Assembly (NCBI GenBank): GCA_016748015.1
Contig: JAAOMT010000295.1
Location: 1,178,001 to 1,242,000 of the forward strand
Source: Geosiphon pyriformis uo1
Taxonomy: Eukaryota; Fungi; Glomeromycota
DNA length: 64,000 nt
Reading direction: 5' to 3'
Below are positions 25,023 through 36,100 of this stretch, one piece after another; the first letter of the stretch is position 1; each line of letters begins with the position of its first letter. A program made the translations under genes and the position numbers. The notes under the pieces are model-generated. The model did not search any database. It saw only the letters and a list, made by a program, of their open reading frames with translations, and was not told where the DNA came from.

Positions 25023-28000
25023 TTAAGTGTTCAAATTGGGAGGTTGTTCAATGACAACTATTGGTTCTAAATTTCGGAGAATATCTTTGGGATTGATTAA
25101 AGGGGAATGTGTATTAATTTGTGAAATTAATGATTCAGGATTGTTTTTGGAATTATAGTGTTTCAAACAATCTCCATGTGCAACTTTTGCTAGGATTTTG
25201 TCATCAAGTCTTAGCTTGTATGATCTGTTGTCTAGGACTTTATGGATAAAGAATGGTCCATCTCATTTATTTTCAAATTTTCCACTCCATTGTTTTTCAG
25301 TCTTGGTTTGGTGTAAAAGAACTTTATATCCAATTTTAAATTCATTTGTAACTGATGGCAGTTTGTTGTCATGTCTTTCTTTTTGTTGAGCTTGTGAATT
25401 TTCAATGTAGATAGCTGCTATATGTCTTTTTCCTTCTAAAGTACTAAGAAAAGTATAAGCTCTTCACTGAAGTGTTTCTTGTAAGTTTTTTTCTGTGATT
25501 GGTTGTACTGGATATGTTTCCACTGTGAATTCAATTAGTAGTTTTGCTGTTCTTCCATAAGTAAGATCAAATGGTGTGTGTTTCGTTGTATCTTGTTTTA
25601 GTGTTCTATATGCTAGTAACACTGATGGAATAAAGATATCTCATTCCTGTTCAAAATCTGTTGAGACTTTGGCTAGTGATTCACACAATGTTCTGTTGAA
25701 ATGTTCTACTAGTTCATTTGTCTGTGGATGATAAGGCAAAGATAAAGGTCTTTTGACATTAAATTGTTCATTGTATCAGGTTGTTTACAAAATGTGTTTC
25801 TTGATCTGATAAAAGTTCTATTGGGCATCCATGTCTACAAATGATGTTTTCATAGATGAAATTTGCTACTGATTTTGCATCTGCTCATTGAATGACTCTG
25901 GCTTTGGGCCATTTGGTGAGATAGTCTATAGCTACTGCAATATAACAATTTCCTTGGTTTGTGATAGATAGTGGTCTGACTAAATCGATACCAACTCGGT
26001 TAAAAGGCTGTCCAACTTTGATTAGATTTAAAGATTCTGTAGAGCGAGTTCCTTCTTTTCTTTGACAACTATCACAAGACTTAATGTATTCATGAATGTT
26101 TTTTCTCATTTGAGGCCAAAAATAATATTCTAGTGTTCTCTGGGTGGTGCTGTCTTTTCCTAGGTGTGCTGATGAAGGGTCTGAGTGCATGTTATATAAA
26201 ATGATTTCTTTTTCATGTTCTTATATTAATCTGAGTGGATTGTCTGGATTTCTGAAGTTTTGATAATAAATCATGTTGTTGTGTAAGAAGTATTGTTTGG
26301 CTTGTTGTTGTAACTGATGTTTTTTATCTGAGAACCAATCTGTTGGGATTGTTAATGTCTCCAAATATTGTTTAAGATTGTTGTAGTTTTCGGGGTTCAT
26401 TGTTTGTTGTTTTGTTGTTAATTCAAATGGGTGTTGGTTTTGTATTTTAATCTTGCCTCATTCTTGAGAGACAATCAATGTTAGTATGGAGTTTTCCTGG
26501 TTTGTGGTGTACAATATATCAGTAGTTGGCTAAAAATCCTGTTCATCAAGTTTGTTTTGCATTTAGCTGAGTGTTTTTGTTTTGAAGCCATTTGAGTCCA
26601 ATATTATCAGTAATAATATCAAATTCTTTGGGTCTGAGGTAAAGGTTGAAGTGATGTAGGGCCCAGATTACTGCTGCAGTTTCTAATTCTGTTGCAGGGT
26701 AGTTTTTTTTAGCTGGTTTCAATGTTCTGCTAGCATAAGCAATTACTCACTCATTTCTATTGTCATCTAACTGTGATAGGATGGCACCAAAGGCAGTATA
26801 AAAAGCATCTGTTGCTAACCAGAATTGGTTGCTGAAATCTGGGTAGGCAAGAATTAGAGCTGTCATTAGTTTTTCTTTGAGGATTTCAAATGCATTTTGG
26901 TGTTCAGCAGTTCATTTGTATTCGATGTTTTTGGTGGTAAGCTGGTTGAGAGGTTTTGTGATTTCTGAGAATCCTTTAATAAACTTCTAATAATAGGAGG
27001 CTAATCCTATGAATTCTTTTAGTTCTGTAGTGTTTTGAGGAGTTTTGAAGTTTTTGACAGCGCTGATTTTTCTAGGATCCAGTTTGATTTTATCTTTACT
27101 AACAATGTAACCAAAAAAGGCCAAGCTTTGTTTTTCCAAAGTAGCATTTTTCGATGTTGAGTTTCAGTCCTGCTTTTCATAATCGTTGAAAAACTTCTTG
27201 CAGGTGTTTTAAGTGTAATTTGAATGATAGAAAATAAACATTAGTATCATCAAAATAAATGACTACTGACTTCCAAAGGAGTCTTTTGTACACAATATCT
27301 ATTAATCTCTGAAATGTTGCTAGTGCATTACATAATCCAAAAGACATTACATTGAATTCGTAGTTTCCTTCTTGAGTTGTGAAGGCTGTTTTGGGACAAT
27401 CTTTGGAGTCCATGGCAACTTGCCAGTATTTGCTTTCTAGATCTAGTGTTGAAAAGTATTTGGCCTTTCCAAGGGCATCCAACATATCATCAATTTGGGA
27501 AAGAGGATAGACATCTCCAATGGTGACACTGTTAAGTTGTCAATAATCAACACAAAATCGTATCTTTCCATTTTTTTTTTTAACTAAGACCACAGATGAG
27601 GCTCATAGACTTATTGATGGTTAGATAAGCTCATTGTTGAGCATTCATTGTACTTCTTCGCAGATAAATTGGTGGCTTTCTAGAGCAACTTGGTAGGCTT
27701 GCTGTTGTCTTGGTTTGGCATCTTCTGTATAGATTTGGTGTTAGACCAAATTGGTTCTTCCTAAGTCATTGTTGTTTTTGGCAAAGATATTGGCAAATTC
27801 TGCAATTAGCTTTTTGAGCTGGCTCTGTTGTTGTGGTACAAGTTGTTCCATGTTGATTTGAGATAGTTTTTTCATAACAACATAGTAGTTTTCAGAGCTG
27901 GGATTTGGGTTGATTTTTGGTAGTAAATGTCCAATAATTTCAGAGAAATCGGAGACTGTTTGGGGTAATTCTTATTAAAAGATATTACTATAAATAACTC

Positions 28001-31000
28001 CAATTTCTAAGTTATTTAATAAAACTATGGAGAAATTGTTGGGATTGTAAAAAGTAACTCAGATTTTCTTTGTTCCTTCTGGAATATAAATGTTTGGAAT
28101 TGAGATATTATGTTCTAAGCAGATTTGTTTATTGAACTCAAAAATTTGTTGTGTAGTTGTTGGCTTTTTACAAGTGTAAATTTCAGAGTGTTCTCCAAAG
28201 AGTGAAATGGTAATTGGTTGTGAAAGTCGTAAAATCTGGTGAGATTCTTTCTGTTTGTTGAGGGTTATATTTACTAGAACTGTGAATTGTCCAGTTGAAC
28301 CAAAACCTTGGGTTCCTCTTTCACTTTTTCCCAATAGTTCTTTTTGATTAACTAATTGTAAACCCGAAATGTTGATTAAGAGTAAATAAATGGCTTGGGC
28401 AATTTTCTCAGCATGTTCAATCTTAAATGGCTTGTCAGTTTCATTTTGGAATATTACTGTAATGTCACCAGTATATCCAGCATTGATTATTCCTTCTCTG
28501 ACATTAATTCCTTTGCTTGCCAGAGAGGACCGGAAGGCAATTTAAACCATTGCTCCTAGCGGGATTTCAAGAGCAATTTTAAAGTTGATTTTTGTGAGAG
28601 ATTTGGGTTTGATAATAAGAGTATTTTTGTCTGGATATCTTAGATCATATCCAGCATCAATTCATGTGCTTTTTCAGGTTTTATTCCTTGTCCATTGTTG
28701 TTGAAGTATTTGAGTTGTAAGACAGGCTGATTTTTGATAAGATAGATAGGTATTGTTTCAATTTCTTCTGTTGCTTCAGGTTCTCCAAATTCAATTTTGT
28801 ATTCATCACTTTCGCTGGGCAAGAGAATGCTAAGAGTGTAGCATTCAGAACACCATTGTTCATCACAAGGCATTATGCATTCCTTACATAATTTAATGTT
28901 CATTTGTTCTAGCCATTGAGCTTGAGCTTCTTTAGTCAGGTAGGTGTGACTTGCGATTTGATGGTACACTTCTACTTCATCTTTATAATCAAATCCAGCT
29001 AATTCCATGGTGTATTCAATGTATTCTGCTTCTTTTATTTGACAAACATCTTTTTTGGTAGCTCCATTAACTAATGTTATTGCTAGGTCGAAAATCATCT
29101 CAGCATCATGAGAGTAGTGATAAAGTTTGTTGAGAGCATTGTTGTATGCTGCATCAAAAGGTGTTCTTCTTTTGACTTTTTCTGAAATTAATAAAGCATA
29201 TTGACAGGTTTGATCATAGACTCCTCCTCTCATTGCTATATCAATTCAATTGCATTCTTCTGGTAGCATATCTCCACAAGTCAAACAAGGGGTGTTGTTC
29301 TATTTTCTGCTTTTTTTTATTAGATGGCCCCATTGTTCTCTGTGGCAAGCCTTGCAATAATAACAAGTATGATTTTTATATTCTTCTTCAGGTGAAATGC
29401 AGGCTCCCATTGAGGAAAGTTTTTTGTGGCAGTCCTTGCATTTGAGCAGAATGTAAGAATGTTGTTTTTTTGGTTCTGGTTTAGAATATGGGATGTTCTA
29501 TCCAGAGGTTTCTGGTTCCTCTGGATATGAGTTTGTTGCAAAATACGTTTGCTCAGTTTCTTCAGCCCAGTTAGATGTTGATTCAAGTGCCATAAATGTT
29601 TCAACTACAGGTTTTTCTTTCTCTTCTTCAAATTCAAAAACAGGGGCTTTCTCTAATCATTTGTTGAATATACCACAAGTAACGGATACTTGAGCATATT
29701 GTCCTTGATAGGAGAGTTGTAATTCTTGGGTTTTCCAGTCTAATTTTGCATTGGCTTTTTGGAGCCAATCATTTCCGATAAAAGCTTGATACTAGGGTGC
29801 ATTCATTACAAGAACTTTGACTAGAATGGTAATTCTATCAAGAGTGAACAGAAAATTGTCAATTTTTTCTACTGGAATTTTTTTCATGCCATCGGCAGTA
29901 ACAATTACTGTTTGAGCTAGTCAGTCAACATTTCTTTTTAACTGTTGTATTAACTGGTAGGTGATGATGCTTTCAGTAGATCCACTGTTTAGGATCAAGC
30001 AAATTGCCTTTCCTTCGACTTCTGCTTCAATGTACATAGCAGTAATTGCTTTTTGTTTGTTGGCAGCTGCATTGCTAAGCAGGAATGGTAACTCATTTGC
30101 TTCAAACTCAAAAGGGAATATATCTGAAAGGTTGGCATTTTCAGCAATTCTGGCTGGTGGGATTGTGATAAGAGTATAGGAAGGGTTTTGTTGTCGTGCT
30201 GCAGCTCTACCTTTCGAGAGTGCAGTATGGTGAAAATTCTGTTTTTCAGGTATTGTAAGATAGCTAGGTTGAGTATGGTAATGGATGGGTCTTGGCTGAG
30301 CTGAATTTTGGGGAACTAATTGGTTATTTGGGTTGATTCTGTTGTTGTTTATTGCAAATCGGTTTTGTGGTGCAAATTGGTTTTGTTGAACCAATCTTCA
30401 AGCAGGTACTTGGTAATATTGAATGGGTTGTCGATACTGTTGTTGCATTGGCTGTGGAGCAGGTTGATAGTAGTCAGTTTGATATTGTGGTCTTGGTGGA
30501 TAGTAAGCTGGTAGTAGTGGTCATTGGTAATAAGATTGTTGTGGTGAAGGGTAACATTGATTACTCCTGTTTTGTTGGTCTTGTTGTAGCTTTCTGCAAT
30601 TTCTTTTCTAGTGGCCAGGGATTCCACAGTAATGGCAATTCTGAGGCTGGTTATTAGAGAATGATACAAAGTTGTTTTGATTCTGTCTTTGGGGTGGTTG
30701 ATATCTTTGGAGTTGCTGTTGTTGTTAGTTGGTGAAATAGTTTTTGACTTTCTTTATAAGTTGGTCAATTTTCTCTTTAGCTGCTGAGCTGGTCTCTCCA
30801 ATGACTAAGTTTATGAGTTTTGTATGATTGGCTTCTTTCATGGCCATTTTATATCTTTTTGCATGCTGAATGGCAGAGTTTAAATCTTCTGGGGCATGTG
30901 GGCAAATCTTTTTAATCAGTTTATCCTTTAAACCAGCAATAAATTGATCCAAGATTTAAGCATCAGAATAATAATCATTAGTTTCAAGTTGGTGAATTTG

Positions 31001-32074
31001 TCTGAAAAGTTTGTTGAATTTCCCAATATAAGTCATGACAGATTCAGAGGGTTCTTGTTTGATATTGTGAAAACAATTTCGAAGTGTGATTAAGGTGTTG
31101 TTATTGGTGAATTGTTCTAAGAAGGCAGTTTTGAAAACTGTCCAGTCATTAAAAGGAATGGTCAAGTTTTCAAACCATTCACCTGCTGTTCTTTTGAGAA
31201 AGTAGGAAATTGTTTTTAACATTCTGGCAGCATTCCATCTATTTGCATCTCCAGCTTTAGTAACTTGGTCAAGCCATTCTTGGGGACTGGTCTTAATGTC
31301 TTCTCCATTAAATTCAGGGATTTTTGCAATGTATGCTGTCATTTTGTCTTCTTTGTTTTTACTGTCTATTGATTCTTCTTCAGATATTTCAGAGTCATTT
31401 TCTTCATTTACTGTTGTCTCAGAGTGTTCACTTCAATTTTTAGCTAGAAAGTCAAGGAGATTGGAACTAGTTTGAAGGGGTTCTTATTGTCTGGTGGGAC
31501 TTCTGGGTAATGTAAAATCTTCTAGTCTTGCAAATCAATTTAAGGATGAATTAGGTGTTTGTGCTTGTGCAAATAAAGCTGGAAAAGGTGTGATAGTAAG
31601 TAGAAGTTTTGAACTGGTTCTTTGTTCAGGTGTTTGTAAGTGTTTGGCAGTTGTTTTTGATAGTATTGAAGTATTTGGGGTGGTTTTTGAGTATTGCTTT
31701 AATTTTTGTTTGCCTTTGTTGCTTGTTTCTGTCTTTGATTCAAAATCAATAGAGTATTAAGACTGCACTGGATATGTTTCTTCACAGTACTTGATAATGT
31801 TAAAATTAAGTTCTTGAAAGTAAGTGGCAAGTGTTTCACTGTTAAGGTCTTCAGTTCCCAACTGTGAATAGTGTACTAAATTATTGTAAAAGTTGCTTCT
31901 AACTTCTAAGATATTGTAATTTCCAAAAAGATAATTGTTAATGCGGTTTTTAATGTATTGGTATACTGATTTCTTGACAACTTCAATTCCGTCTGGAATG
32001 TTGAATCTTTGCTTGCAGTAGGTGTAAATTGACTGGTAATACTCTAGAGTTGTTGCATCTGGTGTGGTCACCAC
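25023..32074 (-). pseudogene. G2 gag-pol polyprotein, essentially one frame (disrupted)
   Basis: Capsid-like MTAYIAKIPEFNGE...WFENL (31342); knuckle CHYCGIPGH*KRNC (~30595-30640); PR CLILNSGS (~29980-30000); RT DLESKYWQV and IYFDDT (27177-27485); RNase H; IN FNRVGIDLV; GPF module; no chromodomain seen. Confidence 0.92.
28290..28714 (-). pseudogene. dUTPase domain within G2 pol (between PR and RT)
   Basis: All five trimeric dUTPase motifs recognisable: DAGYDL, RSSLA, GIINAGYTG, EKIAQ, RGTQGFGSTG; 1-nt frameshift near motif 1. Confidence 0.92.
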
Positions 32075-32100
32075 TTTGAAGTTGTTTTTGCTGTGTTGTT

Positions 32101-32117
32101 TTCGTGGGAGAGCACCA
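32101..32117 (-). promoter_or_regulatory. G2 primer-binding site TGGTGCTCTCCCACGAA
   Basis: Begins with TGG 2 nt inside the 5' LTR; 9 of the first 10 nt match the tRNA-Met complement, then it diverges (short PBS or a different tRNA). Confidence 0.7.
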
Positions 32118-32119
32118 AA

Positions 32120-33103
32120 TATTACTGGAGGTTTTTGGTCTCTTCTTAGCTCTTGTATGTTTGTTGTAATGCTGTTAATTCACGACTATGGGAAGTGTTT
32201 GAATCTCTGATAACTGAATTTTTATCTTCAAATTATCTCTTATAATTTGAACTGCTGAGCTTATAAGTGGAATGGCCAATTCCGTGCCAGTTGCTTTGTG
32301 TAGTTACATTGTAGTAAATGTCAACTCTTTCTCAGGAATTGCTTGTCTGGAAGCTCACTAAAAATGTGTAGTTACTTTGCTGTGAAAGTTAACTCTTCTA
32401 CAGGAATCTTGTCTGTAAGTTACTCTAATGATTATGATAAAAAAATAAAAGAAATATAAAAGAAATATAAAAGAAAATTGAATTCTGTCAAGAAAATTGT
32501 TTTTGATCCAGGCCTGGAGTCACTAACAGTTTATTGAAATTGGTAGCTAATCAATTTCAAAATGTTAGTTGGGTTTTGAGAATTTTCTAAGTGCAATAAT
32601 TTAAAGAATTTGGTTTTTTGAATTATTTGATATTTATTTTGTTTTTGTGTGTAAAGAATGATTCTAATTGTTAAATCTGAAATAAGATACATTTTTTCGA
32701 AGAGAAAAGTTCTTCTTTTATACAACTTGTCATAACACTATTCTATGAACTTGAACTTTGCTATTTTCTACAATTTCGCTGAACTAAAAATACATTTTGG
32801 CAAACTACAAGTTATTTCTGCAAACTATTAGATATTTCAGTAAACTATCAATTATTTCGGCAAATTTCTACAAATTTAGACAAACTTTTTGAATTTTACA
32901 TAGTTTGGGGTATTGCATGATTGATCATTACAATTAGGTTACATTTATGTTATGTGCAAATTGGATTATTAATTAAATGATAATTTTGGACATTTTGCTA
33001 ATGTAATAAGTGATAATTTAAAACGATAATATATGCTAATTAATGATAGAAATTATAAAAATAATTTTATGCTAAATAATATCTCTAATTTTATCTGATA
33101 ATA
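32120..33103 (-). repeat. 5' LTR of G2
   Basis: Direct repeat of 23215-24209 with eroded termini TATTAC...ATAATA. Confidence 0.95.
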
Positions 33104-36100
33104 CCATCAAACCAACAGCAAAGATAAGAGACTGAGTTGTAGTCTCTTTTAGTACAGAAAAATTGTCATCATAGAGAATGTCAGATTTACTACAAACCAA
33201 AAAAATCCTATTAAAAAACAACTTAAAAAGAATCTTATGAGTGGTCTCAATTAACATAATCAATTTAGTATTAGTTAAAACATTCTCCCACTTATATGGT
33301 TTAGAAATTATTGACACCTATGCTTTTTTTCATGGGTGAGAAACAAATTCATGTACCAAATATAGATTCAAGATATCCAAGAGCATAATAAGCATCAAAT
33401 TATTACCATGCTTTCACAATTTGTTCATAATACCAGACAAACCAGCAGTTTTTTTATTGGGTAGATTCTTAAATACACACACCAAATCAACAAAACTAAC
33501 AAAAACCATAACTTCGGAGAAAGCATTATCCTCAACATAAGACAATGGCAAATATTGATGCTGTCACAAATCAAGAACACATCTAACACAACTTTTTTCT
33601 TTGTCCAGCTTTTCATAATTGCATCAATCTTGGATTTAACCTTACCAGAATCCAAAACCAACTTACCATCAGAAACCAAATAAATCAACATTATTCTTTG
33701 GAAAAAATACTTCAATACATTCTTAATTGTATGGCCTTTATTAACCACAAAACTCTTTATCTGTTTCTCAATAGCAGATCTAATACCTAACTCCTTTGCT
33801 CTCAATAATTCAACAAGCTTGAAGACATGATAAGATTTTCTTACATTAAAGAGAGCAAAATACACATGATCATAATTCATGCCAGAATTCACAAGATTCT
33901 GAATAATTGAAGCCTTAATATTGTTCAAAGAAGTCCAGCAATTCATAAAGAAAACAAACTTGGCAACATTTTCTTTACAAAAAACCTTAACAATTTTTGA
34001 AACCAAAAGTTCCAGTTTATGAAATCTAGAAGATTCTTTGATGAAAACACCATTAAGGTCTTTAAACTATTTTTTCTTGAATATCTTATTAGCTAAAAGA
34101 GTCATTATTTTACAAACAGTATCTTATATTGTATTTAGATTCAAGAACTTCTTAGAAGTAGAAAACTCATTAGAGAACATCATAGTATTGGCTGTTATAG
34201 CATCTTTAAAATCATTTTATTTAGCCTCATTAGCACTTTTAAAATCAAACTTTTAACAATTTCTATTTGTTTGCTTGCAAAAAGAGTTCAACTACATATT
34301 CAATAATCTACCCAAACCCACTGATATAAAAACGGCCCAATAATCAGTGTTAAAGTGTTTACTGACATCTATAATATTATAATTCACTACTGTGTTAATC
34401 AAATTTAAAGAAATAAACACATAATCAATTGTTTTTTTAACACCCCTTAAATTTTTCTATGTAAGACTCTTTGCAATTAAACTTTCTAATAAAGAATTAA
34501 CTAATCCTAAATTAAAACATTTCTTGAAACTAGTATAACTACATGAATCATCTTTATTGAAGTTGTTATCCAAAACAACAAAGGAAAATTCACTTACAGC
34601 TTTTACAATTAAAGAATTAATCTTATCAGCTTAAGAAAAACACACAGCCAGCATTACATCAATATACAGCCCCAGAATTAAAACAGACAATTAGTTTTTG
34701 AATAACAACTTGACAAAAAGGAGACAACCAAGAACTTCAGAAACTTTATACACATGCTTAGCCAAGATAATGTTCATAATAATCACAATACCAGAATCCA
34801 AGTAACCAGAGTCCAAACCAGAAACAAACACCTAAACACTATTGAACTTATCAGCAATCCAAGGATAAACTTTCTCTTTCAGCTTTGTTTCAGTAATAAT
34901 TAAGATCAAATTATTCATGTCTTTGTGCTAATAAATAATATCTTTTTGCTTTGTAAGATTGTTTATATCTTAAACATTGCACATAGTAATTTTCCAAACT
35001 AAATTACTTATTGAGATGAAAAAAAACCAAAAAACCTAAGCCAGCACACAACTGATCTAACTTTGCCAGAACTGAACCAATAGAAATTTTAAGAGCCACT
35101 AATTTAAACTTTAGACAGTCCATTTTAGTAATTAAAACTTTTAAGCTATTCAGACCCAATGTTGAGACATCAAAAAAAACAGAAGAAAGAGATGAAGGCA
35201 AAAATTCAGAACAATTCACAATTATATTCGAATCCAGATTTGAACTAATAACAATTGAGGTATCCAACACTTAAAAGAAAAAAAGTAGAGCCAGTAGCAC
35301 CAATTCTATGTTGTTGAATTTGCACATAATACCAGAGACCTAATTAGTTAAAAGCTCTAAAGAGCATTTCAAAGAGGCCAAATAAGTGTTCAAAGATAAG
35401 TTATCAGCTAAAATAAAAGAAAGACTATTATTCAAATCTAAGGCACTAGAGAAAGAAAAATCAAAACCAGAACTAAAGTAAAAACCACCAGAAAAACCAG
35501 CAAGTAAAACTACTTGAACCCAAGATTTGCTGCCAAAAGCAGCAAAATGAGAGATCAGAATACTTTTTTTTTTATACAACTTGGCAAGACAAAAATGAGT
35601 TTCCTTAGAAACAACTTTTTTATAAGATTTCTTTAAAGATAATAGAACAAATACACCCAAAAAATTACATTTAAGAGCTGAATAACCAAAACACCTACAC
35701 TTTTTACAACAAACCAAATTCATTTTAGTCTAAGAAAGCTTGACTCCACCAAAAATTAGCTCTGTGTGAAAAGCAAATTCCAATTTTTCATTAGAGTCAA
35801 AGCCAACCACAGCACAGTGAATCCTATTGTCAGTTTCTAAAGATCAATTTATGATACATGTTTTTTCACCAGCTTCTTTTAAAAAAATTTCAAAATTATA
35901 AGCAGCTGTTCCCATTGGCAAGATAAACAAGAGCACCCTAAACTAATCTTTTGATATCCAAACATTATGATTTCTTATAGCCTTGGCTATATGTATTGAA
36001 TTTTTTTCAATTAGGAATAACCACTTGGCCACCAACTGATCTGTCTTACTTTATTTGACAAATTCCACCAAAGTCTTCTCTTACAGCCCAATAAGTCATA

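Larger units (their letters stand above)
23215..33103 (-). mobile_element. G2: full-length Ty3/gypsy-type element with extended Gag, Cys-rich domain, dUTPase and accessory ORF3
   Basis: LTRs 23215-24209 and 32120-33103; TSD CCAT (23211-23214, 33104-33107); PBS 32101-32117; PPT GAGAAGGAGG. Confidence 0.95.

Noticed and set aside
25023-25270. Chromodomain after integrase
   Set aside because: Only a GPF module and a short low-complexity tail precede the stop.
28290-28714. dUTPase as a host gene or recent horizontal transfer
   Set aside because: Intronless, embedded in pol, at the same position in two elements and eroded like the rest of the TE.
13383-30657. Plus-strand ORFs such as 13383-13652, 16948-17373, 17995-18417, 19476-19883 and 30352-30657
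   Set aside because: Antisense shadows of LINE or gag frames, with no independent motifs or conservation between copies.
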